DNA from: Eledone cirrhosa
Lineage: Eukaryota
DNA: 64,000 nt
Assembly: GCA_964016885.1 (NCBI GenBank)
Contig: OZ024743.1
Location: 344,038,001 to 344,102,000 of the forward strand
Direction: 5' to 3'
A program made the translations under genes and the position numbers. Shown piece by piece: positions 28,076-42,611 of this stretch. Each line of letters starts with the position of its first letter. Position 1 is the first letter of the stretch. The notes beneath the pieces were generated by a model, which had not been told where the DNA came from, did no database searches, and worked only from the letters and a program-made list of their open reading frames with translations.

Positions 28076-28386
28076 GGGGCTGTGGGTGGGCCACATCGCG
28101 TACCGTTGTAATTGTTGTATATTGGGTTTCATCCTTTTCATGATAAATTATAATGACGTTGCTCTAACTATTTTAGCATTATTTTTATTTTCTTTTTTTG
28201 TCTTTACAAACAACGTTAATTGATGACAATACAAAAAAAAATAATAAATAATCTTTAATTTACTATGTTGTTGCTGGTGTCTGGGTAAAAAGTTGATCTT
28301 TTTCTTTAAATTTGCTCCTTTTTAGTGCATTATTTCAATAGTTAGCAGCTTTGTTGAAGGAGTCCTTATTTCAGGATATGTTAGGC

Positions 28387-28605
28387 CAGGAATGTCAAAC
28401 ATGCGACCGGCGGGCCACATGCGACCCTTTACAAGCATACGAGCGGCTCGCACAAGGGTTTTTACAGCGCGAGCATGTTTTATCTTCGTAATATAAAATA
28501 AAAAAAATGTGTTGTAATATGCGTAATTAGTTGTCGTGTGTGGCCCTCAGACAACACATATGTAACCCATGTGACCCTCGGGGGACCCTCAGTTTGACAT
28601 GCCTG
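28387..28605. mobile_element. hAT (Charlie-like) MITE, 219 bp
   Basis: TIRs CAGGAATGTCAAAC / GTTTGACATGCCTG match at 13/14. Flanking 8-mers tgttaggc / tgttagat give a 6/8 TSD. GC-rich subterminal motifs are present. Confidence 0.85.
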
Positions 28606-28931
28606 TGTTAGATGACTAATTTTTGGTATTTTCATTTGAATTTCAGAGTCATAATATGCAAGGATTTGAAGACAGATCGAATTCTACAGAGCCAAGTTGA
28701 TTGAACTTGAATCTTTTCTCATCTTTTTAAACTATTAAACCAATCTACATCTTTTATAATGTTAATGTAGATTAGTAGCGTTTCTACTTATATTGGTACT
28801 GCTTAGGGTTTGTTTAATTAAATACGTAAAGTTCACAGCTTTGTTGATATATGGAGACTGACAAGTCTATGTGTAAAACATTCCAAAACAGCACATTATA
28901 CATAAATAGAACAAGATAATGTTAAACTTAC

Positions 28932-29031
28932 CTGTTGAGATACACCACGCGTTAACGTCATTACTGTAGTCATTCTTTAGCTCAAGATCAGAGGCAGATA
29001 TACGATAAAAAGTATTTTCCTCATGACAATC
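28932..29031 (-). pseudogene. Candidate exon of an unidentified host gene or pseudogene
   Basis: Acceptor ...aaatgacag and consensus donor CAG|gtaagt. 100 bp, phase 0 to 1, frame DCHEENTFYRISASDLELKNDYSNDVNAWCIST. Confidence 0.5.
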
Positions 29032-29194
29032 CTGTCATTTTAGAGGGATCTAAAACTATATGATCTAATGTTTTATTTCCATATTGAAAAAACGTAAGGT
29101 GTATTTTGATGAAAAGTATTCACTTGCTATTTATAGTAGGTCGAGCAAGCACAGAAACTCCCTAATTTTTTAGTATGTGTTAACATGATTATTA

Positions 29195-29352
29195 TAGGAC
29201 AGTGAATTGACAGAGTCGTGAGGGCGTCGAACAAAATATCTTGCAGTATTCGTTCTGAATTTATGCTCTGAGATTCCAAATCATGTTGAAGTCAACTTGC
29301 CTTTTATCATTTCGGGTTCGATAAATAAAGTACCAGTCCAATACTGGAGTCA
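29195..29352 (+). mobile_element. Older, diverged Nin-domain SINE
   Basis: gcctttt atcatttcgggttcgataaataaagtaccag core. Similar old copies occur at ~18010-18150 and ~37300-37510. Confidence 0.6.
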
Positions 29353-29905
29353 ATTCTTCTCTTTCTTTCTGAAAGTAATCGAACGTGATCAGATCTGTAG
29401 AGAGGGGGGGGGGGGGGGGAGAGCTCCGCCTGGTTCAAATGCTCAAGACACGTAATATATAAACGGCGTCCATAATTTCACCAGAAGGCCAAATTTTTCT
29501 TGTTGCCAATGTAGTGAATGCAATTATTTTATAGTCACAGATCTACTTTATATCGTTGTTGTTTTGTTGTTATTGTATATTCGATATTGTTGCTGTTGTT
29601 ATTACAGTGGCCTTTTCTTTTTGTCATTGTTTGCCCGAGCTGATATTATACTTGGTGGGTTTGATACTATTGCTGTTGTTTTTGTTGCGGTTATGTTTGT
29701 CATCATGCGGTTGCTGTTGCTGGAATTATTGTTCTTGTTACTTTTGCTGTTGTTATTATTGCTGTTACTATTATCACTGCTATTACTGTTGCTGATACCG
29801 CTGTGCTGTTAGTGTAGTAGTAGTAGTAGTTGTTATTGCTGCATTCACTGGTAGTACTTTTGTTATTGTTGCTTTAGCTGTTGCTGTTATCGAGATATTG
29901 CACGT

Positions 29906-32752
29906 TTAGGACAGGCATCGCACCAGGCATCGCTTGCGGCGAGATTGGCACTCGACCAATTCTTCAACGCAAAACACGAAGGCTGCGTTGTTAGAGCTAG
30001 AGCACGTGCTCTGAAACACGAGGGGGCAAAAGCCGTCTAATAGGCCCGGGTGGCAGAGGCGCGAGGTGGCAACAAAGTCACAATTCGGTCTTTGTCTGAC
30101 CAAAATGGGTGCGTGTTGCTCGAACCCGAGCAGATGTGTGAAGCCTTTCTGCAGCACTTTGCTGAACTGTTCGGGAGCAGCGGCGGCTCGGATCGGGGCA
30201 TGGACTTCAGTGCATACCTCGACGGACTGCCTCGGCTCTCGACGACCGCAGCACAGTGTTGCAAAAAGCCAATAATAGCCGGTGAAATATGGGAAGCGAT
30301 GGCTAACTGCACAAAGGGTAAATCGCCAGGTTTGGATGGTCTGCCCTACGAGCTTTATGAATTTATGCCAGACTTGTTCGGTGACCTCTTGGCAGACGTC
30401 TACTGCAACTGGCAGCAGAACGGGGGCATTCCCAGTTTTGTCAGCCGGGGAGCGGTGACGCTGCTGAGAAAAGACCCGAACAAGGGGGGATGTTATCAAT
30501 AGTTTCAGGCCCAGAGTTCAAGATTTTGGCCAAGGTGTTAGCAACGAGGTTGGCGCTTGTCGTCAAGGGTCTGGTGGGAGAGGCGCAGACATCCGCCATT
30601 CCGGACAGATCCATACACGACAACCTCCACCTCATGCGATGCATCATAGAGAGGGTGGTTAAGGAACCTGGCACGGGTGGGGCGCTGATCAACTTGGATC
30701 AATCCAAAGCATTCGATAGGGTCGACCATCGGTACCTGGCGGCGGTCCTCGAGGCAGTCGGTTTCGGGCCCGTTTTCAGGGGTTGGATCGCTGCGATGTA
30801 CAGCGACATCTGCTCAGTTGTGATGTTGACGGTCACCTGTCGCAGCCGTACAGCATCATGCGCTCAGTCCCCCAGGGTTGTTCCCTCTTGTCCCTCTTGT
30901 ACGTATTGGCTCTCGAGCCGTCACTGCACAAACTGGGGGCGATGAGGGGCGTTCCACGCGAACTAGGATGCGGGAAGTCCGAGTCGGCTTACGCCGACGA
31001 TGTCATGGTGATGGTGTCGAACACCAGACACGTCCAAATGCTCGGCACCGCTCTCAAGGAATACGAAGCGGTGAGAGGAGCAACGATAAACCAGGAAAAG
31101 TCGGTGGGCTTGCAGCTCGGCACCTGGAGAGGCAAGTCCATGCCGTCCGACAGCGTCGTGGGGCGATGGACGAACGGACCGGTTAAATTGCTCGGGGTCT
31201 GGTTCGGACCGGACCTCCAGATGGAGAAAAACTGGAACGAGGTGACGAGCATGGTGGCCTCCCTCACCCAGAAATTGGCCGAGAGGAAGCTGTCCCTGAA
31301 AGGCCGGGCGGAGGTGCCGAATGCGTACATGGCAACCGTCATCTGCTACCGCCTCACCGTCGTCCTTTGCCCCGACCCAAACTCTCAACAAAATGAAGCG
31401 CTTCCTCTTCCGCTTTTTGTGGAAGGGACGCGCTCCCATGGTCAGACGATCCATCTGCTGTCAACACCCGTTGCGTGGAGGACTGGGCATGCCATGACTG
31501 ATGATGCGCAAACATGCGCTGAGGCTGCGACATCTCTGGTGCTTCCTTGACGGTGAACAGGTGTGGTCGCCGTTCGCCAGGCACGTTTTACCACAGGTCG
31601 TCTCCTTGATGGAGCTGCAGTCCTGGGTCAGAAAAAGACCGAGGGATAGCGCTTGGAAACTGGAATGTCTCCAGGCGCTCACTGCCCTCTGCTAGCTGGG
31701 CACCAGTATCGGTGGAACATCCACCTCGGCGTTCTATAGAGGACTATTGGAAGGGAGGAGCGACGACGTTCTCGGAGAGATGCTGGGCGTCGAAGAAGAT
31801 CAGCTATTTGCTCTCTTCCGGAGAACTTTCAGCCCAGGGCCTATGGATAACTTCCAAAAATCCCTGGTCTGGCAGTGCTACCGGGGAGCGCTGCCGGTTC
31901 GAGATAAGCTCTACAGGCACGGAAGTGCCGTCAGCCGAGCCTGTCTGAGATGCGCGCAGAGCGACGAAACCGTCGTGCATGCACTCGTTCAGTGCCCGAG
32001 CATTGCTGACTTGTGGAGCTATGTCGAACAGTTTCTGTCGCGTGTAGGACTGATCCGGTTATCGACTGAGTCCACTGTGCAGATGGTCTCGCCGTCTTCC
32101 TTCGAGGAGGAAGGGCAGGCGGTTTTCATCTGCCTGGTGGCCATGGCGAAAAAGATTGTGGTGGACAAGGTTGAAAGGGTTAAAGACAGACACTTTCCTC
32201 TTCGGCGAATCCCTAATAATATATATATATTAAAATAACAGATTAAAGTTTAAGCAAAGAATCACTGCTTTCTCCCTTAACGGGATCTTCAAATACGGCG
32301 AATCCCTAATTAACTTTTCCAAGTTTCACTTGAAGAGGAAAATCAGGGTGGAGAGGCAAGTGCTGCCTTCTAGCAAGTTTGTTGATAGGTGGGTGAATGT
32401 AGCGAGAATGATCCGAGTGAACGGGACCGCTCTGAATATACGCCTGTAGTTTGAGAAATGGAAAAATTGAGAGAGGGCGCTTGCCCTGGTGGTCAGGGTG
32501 GCCGTGGTCTTTTGTGTGATTTTCGCCACGAGTAACCCTCGGAGGTTTTCCCCCCTATTGGGGAATCTTTCATTGTTTCGATTTTCATTTTTATTGTTTA
32601 TATATATATATGTTTCTATGTCTTTTTTTTTCTTTTCATATATAAATAATAAAAATATTTACACGCAACAAAACCCACATAGTACCGTCCTGTACCGTCA
32701 TGTGCCGCCTGTAATGTTTTTCTTGATGTCAGCCCTTGTGGCCAATAAAGAA
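29906..32752 (+). mobile_element. Tx1/L1-clade LINE, 5'-truncated and frameshifted, with 3' UTR ending at (ATC)n(ATT)n
   Basis: KSPGLDGLPYE, NLDQSKAFDRVDH, VPQG, YADD, LLGVWFGP and CLRC...ETVVHALVQC. The 3' end is cccttgtggccaataaag. Confidence 0.93.
32218..32295 (-). mobile_element. 78-bp family F insertion with 15-bp TSD nested in the Tx1 copy
   Basis: cggcgaatccctaat occurs at 32203-32217 and 32296-32310. The insert matches ~45987-46047 and carries (AT)n at one end. Confidence 0.85.
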
Positions 32753-32767
32753 ATCATCATTATTATT

Positions 32768-32877
<110 letters not shown>

Positions 32878-33599
32878 TAAATTTTTACAGGTGATATTGC
32901 CGTATTTTTCTACCTACCTCTATTGCAGCTATCGTTGTAGTTGTTGTCGTCCAATTGTTGTCGCCATTGTTCTGTACCAGAACCAGTTACTCTATTCTAT
33001 TGTGGCTTGTTTATCTTACATCACAATGAACTTGCTGTAGTTTACCTTCCAATTGAACTCGTCTTCTTTTCAATGTATTTTCATTTTTTTTCTTCTTCTT
33101 TTCAATTTATTCCTTTTTATTCTTCCCCACTATGTCCTCTCTCACCTCAACCTCTTCCCTAACCCCTTCTTCAACGACACAAACGACCACAAAAAACATT
33201 ATTCCCACCATCAAAACAACAACAACATTAACAATAACAATACACATTCTACAGAAAAAAAAATGTCCACAAAAAAATCGCAGACCCATCTCCGCCTCAC
33301 TACGAATAAAACAATAAAAAAACCCAATAATAATGTAACTGTTCAGTAAGAAATCGTCAAACACAAACAAACAAACAAATTATCAGACAAAACAAACAAC
33401 TGCTGAAAGTTTGGCAGAATTGTTACGTCAAGATAAATCAATGGAAGTTTTTTTTTATGGTGTTTGGCAGTGGTTTGACGGTTAGAAGGTTAGAAATGGT
33501 AGTGGTGGTTGGTTGCAAATGGTGGGAGGTAGCAGATAGAAGGTGAACAGGAATGTAGGAATGATCGCTATAAAGAACAGGAATAATACGGCGAATATA

Positions 33600-33659
33600 A
33601 AGAGAAAAGAGGAGAAAAAATAAGAAGACTACGACAACGAAGAAGAAGAAGAAGAAGAA

Positions 33660-33690
<31 letters not shown>

Positions 33691-34418
33691 AAGAAGAAGA
33701 AGAAGAAGAAGAAGAAGAAGAAGAAGAAGAAGAAGAAGAAGAAGAAGAAGAAGAAGAAGAAGAAGAAGAAGAAGAAGAACGGGATGAAGAAGATAAAGAA
33801 GAAGAAATGAAGATGAAAAAGATGAAGAAGGAAAAGAAAAAGAAATAGAGGAAAAAATTTATAAAAATGAAGAAGAAGAAGAAGAAGAAGAAGAAGAAGA
33901 AGAAGAAGAAGAAGAAGAAGAAGAAGAAGAAGAAGAAGAAGAAGAAGAAGAAGAACGGAATGAAGAAGATAAAAAAGGAGAAAATGAAGATGAAAAAGAT
34001 GAAGAAGGAAAAGAAGGAAAAGGACTAGAGGAAAATATGTATAAAAATGAAGAAGAAGAAGAAGAAGAAGAAGAAGAAGAAGAAGAAGAAGAAGAAGAAG
34101 AAGAAGAAGAAGAAGAAGAAGAAAAAAAAGAAGCAGCAGGACGGGATGAAAAAGATAAAGAGGGAGAAAATGAAGAGGAAAAAGATGAAGAAGGAAAAGA
34201 AGAAATAAGACATTTGCTCTGGTCAAGGTACTGTTTAGTAAATGAATCTTTACATGGCAGTTTCCTTTGAAACTTAAAGAACTTATCACGGTTGCATCAT
34301 CATCATCAACATCTTCATCGTAATGATCATCACAGTTGTTACTATTCTCAACCCACCCCATCACCCCTTCATCATCGTCATCATCATCATCATCATCGTC
34401 CTCCACCTCATCATCATT

Positions 34419-34449
<31 letters not shown>

Positions 34450-34727
34450 CCATCATCATCATCATTACCAGTTTTTCTAATATTCTCATTCTTCTACCAA
34501 ATACCATACTTTTGCTCTGCCTCGTTCTTCTTCTTCTTCTTCTTCTTCTTCTTCTTCTTCTTCTTCTTCTTCTTCTTCTTCTTCTTCTTCTTCTTCTTCT
34601 TCTTCTTCTTCTTCTTCTTCTTCTTCTTCTTCTTCTTCTTCTTCTTCTTCTTCTTCTTCTTCTCATCATCATTATTATTATATACGCTTTTATTTACCAC
34701 AAGGGTATCGGACGAAGGGGACATTAC

Positions 34728-34782
<55 letters not shown>

Positions 34783-34830
34783 TAATAATAATAATAAAGT
34801 AATAATAATAGTAATAACAACAGCAACAAC
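33600..34830. repeat. Compound trinucleotide array: (GAA)n in three ~180-bp higher-order units, then (CAT)n, (TTC)n and (TAA)n
   Basis: The spacer acgggatgaagaagataaa...gaggaaaa recurs at ~33779, ~33955 and ~34141. Confidence 0.9.
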
Positions 34831-35533
34831 AACATAACAAGAATTATTATTATTGTTTCACTATTGTTGATATCGTTGTTATTGTTATTGTTGCTGTCGA
34901 CGTTGTCGTCGTTGGAGTCATCATTTTAAATGAATAAGGTTGATTTCAACAAGAATATGTATTTTGACTGCCGTTTCCCTTCAAACCCCCTCACTTTTAT
35001 CTCAACTCCTTCCTCTTCTTTCCCTCTCTTGTTTCTTTCTCTCACTCTCACACCACCCCCTCAATCCTGCTTTACACTCCCCAGCGCATTCTTTTCATTG
35101 TCTTTCATTGTCTTCTTAGCCTATTACGTTTTCCCGCTTCTTCTACTACTTATCTATCCTTCTCTTAACATTCACCCCTGTCCTCTCCAAACTCTAACCC
35201 TTTCCCCTCTCTCCCTCTTCTCTACCCCCTCTCTCTATATATCTTTCTGTCACTCTCTGACCACTTCCTGTCACACATAGTTCTTTCATGTTATTGCTCA
35301 ATACCAGCAATTATTCATATATAGATGTGTGTACGCCTGTATATATGCATATATGATCTCACACAGATGTATGTATGTATGTATGTATGTATGTATGTAT
35401 GTATGTATGTATGTATGTATGTATGTATGTATGTATGTATGTATGTATGCATGTATGTATGTCTCTTCCCCCTCTCTCTTTACGTACATACATGCATAAA
35501 TACATACGTAACACATATATTAATCGGTTTAAG

Positions 35534-35575
<42 letters not shown>

Positions 35576-35655
35576 GTGTGTGTGCATATATATATAATAT
35601 ACATATGTATACATATATACACTCACTCACACACACACACACATATATATAGTAC

Positions 35656-35723
<68 letters not shown>

Positions 35724-35788
35724 CATACATACATATATATATATATATACATACATATATATATATATATGTGTATGTATATATATAT

Positions 35789-35852
<64 letters not shown>

Positions 35853-36405
35853 ATATATATATATAATTGTAGGATAGTTTGTGTTTTGTTTTCATTTATC
35901 TCAATCTTTTCTGTCTTTTTCCAGCTATTTTTTCTTTCTTTTAAACATCACCAATGTTTTGTCTGCCATTCCATGCCAAGTCATTGCACACCGCACACCT
36001 ATACCACCACCACCACCACCACCACCACCACCACCACCACCACCACTATTTCAATACCATTCCACACCACTGTTCTATGGGCATAGAAGGACAGTCTTAT
36101 AACGTTATAACAACCCACTGACCTTCAGGGTAAAGTGTCTTCTTCATATCTTCTTGCAGTTCACATCATTAGGCCGAACTACGGTCTTTTTTTTTTTTTT
36201 TTTTTAAAGAAGTCATTTGTTCGTTGTTTATAGTTGTTGATGTTGTTATTACTGCTGCTGTGTTGTTTGTTATTTTTGTCGTTGTTGTTGTTGTTGCTGT
36301 TGTGGTTGTTAACAAGAGACGTGCTCTTCAATGTGTTCAATGGTGGCGGTATCAAATGCATAGAAGAAAACTGCAAATAAACATACACAAAAACAAAGAC
36401 GAATA

Positions 36406-36459
<54 letters not shown>

Positions 36460-36984
36460 AAAAACAAACGAACGAACGAAAAACAACAACAGCCAGACTG
36501 ACTGACAGACAGACAGACAGACAAGTAGGAGGGTGTCATTCCTCACATCACATTACTTACGTGATGTTTCTAGTGGTGGAGGGGGTTGTGGTGCCACTTT
36601 AGCATCGTCGTCGTCGATATCGTCGTCAGCATCACTATCATCATCATCATCATTATAATAATCGTTTCTACTTTAGGCACAAGGCCAGCAAATTACCCAG
36701 TACATTACTGGTACTTTATTTTATCGACTCCGTAAGGATGAAAGGCAAAGATCACGATCATTATCTTTATCATTATCAGTCTTTCTAACATTCTAAGTCT
36801 TCTACCAAATACCCGCCTCTGCTCCGCCTCGTTCTTCTTCTTCTTCTTCTTCTTCTTCTTCTTCTTCTTCTTCTTCTTCTTCTTCTTCTTCTTCTTCTTC
36901 TTCTTCTTCTTCTTCTTCTTCTCCCGCTCCCCAGCCTCCGCCTCCTACAGGGACATTTCACATTACATCTGTACATACAAACAC

Positions 36985-37098
36985 GTAGACTGATGGTTAG
37001 TGTATTGGACTAACGATCATAAGGTCGTGAGCTTGATTCCTAGAGTGGGCAATGTGTTGTGTTCTTGAGCGAAATCCTTTCTTTCACGTTGTTCCTTC
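36985..37098 (+). mobile_element. tRNA-derived SINE head of a second family
   Basis: A-box-like gtagactgatggttag, B-box-like gagcttgattcc, followed by gtgttgtgttcttgagc. Confidence 0.5.
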
Positions 37099-38700
37099 TA
37101 CCACGAGTTACCACGGCTGAAATTATTAGCAATGGAAACATTATTTGTTTTATACGATTGTCAAATCGGTTCCTTTCCTTATTTTTGATACGCTTCTTTT
37201 TCATACATTTTTCATACATCTCGAATTCACTTCTGTAACTCCTACCACTGTTTTTGTAATGTCCTCGCATCCATCATCTTTCTGGCAAATATATTATTTG
37301 TGGGTTGGCAGAATATTTAGAGCATACCACAAAATACCTCATCTTATTTGTTTCGGTTCTTTTCGTTCTGAGTTCCAATCTCGCAGAAGGCAACTTTGCC
37401 TTTCATCTTTCCGGTGTTGAAAAAATAAAGCACCTGTCAATTACTGGGGTCTATTTAATTGACTCTCACACCTACCAAACTGGTCTAGAGTCTAAATTTG
37501 AAACCCTTATTATTTACTATCTTCCGAGATGTTGACCGCAGGGAGGGAGCAAAATCACTCAGAAACGGCTGAGAGGAACCATTTCCTGAAAGGTCGGGTG
37601 GAGCTGACTAACGCCTAGATAGCAGATGGAGGTCTAGTCGTCATGCTTTATTCTAAGAACACATTTGAGCTGATTACGTATGCTCTTTTGTTTCTTGTGG
37701 AACGGACTTTTCCATTGGTACCGTGGGCCATCTGATGTCGAAGTCAACTTTCAATCTCAATAAAATAAGGTACCAGTTCATGTTAGTGATTTGTGGACTT
37801 GTTAGAATGTCGGACAAAATGCCTTTCAGTATTTGTTACAGCTTTTTATGCTTTGAATTCAAATTTTGCTGCGTCATACTTGTGTGGTAGACTCAAGCTG
37901 TCAACTGCTTTAAACATTACCATCTGACCCTTCAATGTCTTTAGTGGAATACACTCTTTTATAAACATACAATATAATATAAGTATGTTCCGAGGGTGCA
38001 ACATCGGCAAATATTTCTGGACGACCACAGTTAGCAGATATGATCATCGTTTATGAGACGTCTTCCTGAACCTTGATTAATACCTTGGGTTAAGCGCAGA
38101 CCAAAGCTTGGCACTCAGCTTGTAGAGTATTGCCAGGTGCTTACCACCAAGAAATGCATTTGGTCCTCAGCCTGGGAGCTATGGCATAAGAAATTGTGTG
38201 CATGATTGCGGGCAGGCCCACCGATAGAAATTTTGCAAGGTGGAACAAAGCCTGAGAATTTTTGCCTGAGAATGTTTTCTAAAGGGCAGGGCATCAGATA
38301 TTCACAGGATCTTCCTTGGCTCCGCGGGTCACAGACAGATGTGCCAGCTGAATCCCCTCCCCCATCCTATAGGTACTGGGGTCAATTCTTTACCTATATA
38401 TATCTTCTCACTCCCCACACTTGCTATCTCTCCTTCACTTAAATAAATCGATTGTATTCAAATCTGGAATCTGGGGAAAAAGCCCTTGCAAACACGCCTT
38501 GCTTATTGTCTCTGACGTCTTGGGCCATTGGTGATAGCAATTATCTATATCGTAGTCGAGGTCGGAGTAGTCGTAATAGTGTCAGTGGTCAAGATGGTGA
38601 TTGAAGCAACAACAACAGCAGTAGTAGCAGCAGCAGCAACAGTAGTGGTAGTAGTAGCAGTAGTGGTAGTAGTAGTAGCAGCAGTAGTAGTAGTAGTAGT

Positions 38701-38779
<79 letters not shown>

Positions 38780-38792
38780 GTAGTAGTAGTAA

Positions 38793-38842
<50 letters not shown>

Positions 38843-39477
38843 AATTGATATTGGTGGTAGTGGTATGGGATTTTCCGAAGTTGAGTGATAGTAATAGTAA
38901 AGGTAGAATTTCTATTGTTAGTTTTGTTGTTGTTATTGTTGGTGTGGTTGCTGCTGTTGTTGATGTTATTTAGTTTCAGCTCAGTCTCTATGCAGCAGGC
39001 CTATGTTCGAATATTATCCAGTCGTGACTATTTCGTCGATTTGTATATTGGGGGATTACATTTTCTAAAATATCCTTCTTTCATTGAATGGAATAGTGTA
39101 TGATTTGTTGAATATTTCTTTAATGCATCGCGCAACCCTCCAGCTAGTGATGTAGTGATGTTGATGATGTACCAGAAATAACTTTATTACATATTATCCT
39201 GGAGTTGGCTTCATCACACACACACACATACAGACAGACACACAGACGCACAGACAGACACACCCATCCACACACACACACACACACACATAATTGTCTG
39301 ATTCAGTAAGTGGATGAGTGGGGGAGGAGAATTATATGGTTTGGTTTAGTGATTTGTTTAATATAATTGCTGTTGTTACTCTTTTTGTATTTTTTGGTGT
39401 TGTTGCCTTCTTCTTCTTCTTCTTCTTCTTCTTCTTCTTCTTCTTCTTCTTCTTCTTCATTATTTATTATTTTGGAT

Positions 39478-40265
39478 TAAGGGTGGTGGATTGGCAGTAT
39501 CGGTAGAGGGTCGGACGCCATGCTTTGCAGCAAAGAGTTACGGCCTTTTATGGTCTGAGTTCAAATCCCTCCGAGGTTAACTTTGCCTTTCATCCTTACA
39601 GGGTAAAAAAAATAAAGTACCAGTAATGTACTGGGATAATTGTTGGCCTTGTGCCAAAAGTAGAAACAATTATTATTATTATTATTATATTTTGTTTTTA
39701 TATTTTTTCGTTGTTAATTGTTTTTGTTATCGTGTATTTTCACTCAATTTTATTGTAAACCCACTCGGTCCCTGTCTTTGTATTGTCCCCTACATGTCAT
39801 CCCTTGTGGCCAATAAACAAAATGATTATTGCTTTGCAGCATGGAGTTACGGCCCTTTACCATCTGAGTTCAAATCCCGCCGAGATTAACTTTGCCTTTC
39901 ATTCTTATGGGGTCGATAAAATAAAGTACCAATCAGGCATTGGGGCCGATTTAATCGACTTCCCCTCCCTCCAGAATTGCTGGCCTCGTGCCTATATAAG
40001 TAACCATTGCTATTATTATTATTGTCTTTGTATAGTCCCCTACATGTCGGCCCTTGTGGCCAATTAATGAAATCATCATTATTATTATTATTTTGGCAGT
40101 ATCGGTAGAGGGTCTGACGCCATGCTTTGCAGCAAAGAGTTATGGCCCTTTATGGTCTGAGTTCAAATCCCGCCGAGGTTAACTTTGCCTTTCATCCTTA
40201 CGGGGTCGATAAAATAAAGTACCAGTAATGCACTGGTTAATTGCTGGCCAAAAGTAGAAACAATT
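39478..40265 (+). mobile_element. Three tandem Nin-domain SINEs interleaved with Tx1-like 3' stubs
   Basis: SINEs at ~39478-39672, ~39830-40005 and ~40093-40265. tccccTACATGTC...cccttgtggccaat stubs lie at ~39770-39820 and ~40020-40075. Confidence 0.85.
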
Positions 40266-40869
40266 ATTATTATTATTAGCATCATAACATTTTTTGGATT
40301 TTGATAGGATAATGCGGGTTTTGGGGTGGTGGGGTGGTGTGATGGTGTGATGGTATGGTTACTTTTATTTATCAAGTAAGGGAATGGCCAACACAAGTCA
40401 GAGATCCCTTATTCGAATCATGGCCGATACAGCAAAACAGCACCAGCAACAACATCAATAACAACAATAACAAAACGAAACGAAATATAAAAGTAAAACA
40501 AAACCTGATAAAAGCGCCCCTCATAAGACCCAACGTAAAACACAGTTACACACAGTTACACACAATCATATATGCACACGGCCATAGAATCATATATACA
40601 TACGCAAACACAAACATCCAGACACACATCCTTATTCAATACATACACTGACGAAATCACACACTACGATATACATTCAGATACACATTCACACATATAC
40701 TGTCATAACACAACGCACTCACATACGCGTGCACCCATTCATACACACACACATACACACGAGCGCGCACACACACACACACTCACACGCACATATTCAC
40801 ATACAACCATAGAGATACGCACACAAACATATTTATACATATGTACAATCATAGAACTATACACATGCT

Positions 40870-42566
40870 TACCTATATAAGCACACATTCATATATACAT
40901 ACATACACATTCATATATACATACATACACATTCGTATATACATACATATATACATGCATACAATTACATAACCACGTGTACAAGCACACATTCTTATAT
41001 ATAATCGCACACATATGTGTACGCACTCACACACTCATCCATACATACGCACAGATACACACACATTCATGCAAACTCATGCACACATACATATTTACAT
41101 AGAGATCCGCACAGAGCCATATAACATATACACATATACATACACATATACATACACAAATACATACATAGGTATATACATACATACATACATACATACA
41201 CACATTCATACATCTATACATACATACATTCATATATACATACATATATTCATATATACATATATATATACATTCATATATACATATATTCATGCATACA
41301 TACACACATACATACATACAAACATACATGCGTACATACGTACACACATACATACATACACACACACTTACATACACACATACATACATACAAACATACA
41401 TACATACATATATACATACCTACCTACATATATACATACATACCTACACACACACATACATACATACATACATACATACATACATACATACATACATACA
41501 TACATACATACATACATACATACATACATACGTACGTACATACATACATACAGGTACACATGTCTATACAAACATACATACATACGTACATACATACATA
41601 CATACACGTACATACGTCTATACAAACCTACATACATACATACATACGCACATACATTCATACATACATACACACATACATACGTACATACATACACACA
41701 CGTACATACGTCTATAAAAACATACATACATACATACACATACATACATACGCACATACATTCATACATACATACATACATACACACATACATACGCACA
41801 TACATTCATACATACATACATACATACATACATACATACATACATACATACATACATACATACGCACATACACACATACATACGCACACACATTCATACA
41901 TACATACATACACACATACACGCATACATACGCACATACATACATACATACATACATACATACATACATACATACATACATACATACATACGAACATACA
42001 TACATACATACATACATACATGCATACGAACATACATCGGTCAATGAATAATATGGGTGGTTGTGGTGGGCGTGGTGGTAGGAGTGATTCGTGGAGAGTT
42101 GGTTGGATGGAACAAAGTATATAATAGTAATAGTATTATTTTTATTTTATTATTAGTTGTGGTGGATTTCTGTATAGATCATTGAAGGGCGGGAAAGGTC
42201 AACAAACTGTTATAACAACACCACAGCCACAAAAAACGACCCAAAGAACGCAACTCTTTTGTGTTAGACATCAGTTTCATTGTTCTGTCTTTTACTAACG
42301 ATTAGAATGGTTGTCCTACCTCGCCATTCACTGGACATACAATGGCAAGTGATAGTGGCCTTTTTTGCAATTGTGCATACATCAAAAGAACTTGAACAAT
42401 AACAAGAATAAGTTTGTTGTAAAGCAATGCCTATCTTAGTTTATTTGTGTTTACCCAAACTTCTGGTCATGCGATTGGCTGGCTGGTGGGAAGGCTGGTT
42501 TGTTAGTTTATCTGTTTGTTTGCATGTTTATTCCGTGTCACTGTTGTTAGTGTTGTAGCTGCTGAT

Positions 42567-42611
<45 letters not shown>

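Noticed and set aside
41015-42124. 369-aa ORF and other long YI/HT/CV/poly-amino-acid ORFs throughout the window
   Set aside because: They are translations of (TACA)n, (TA)n, (CA)n, (GAA)n and similar repeats, with no domain content.
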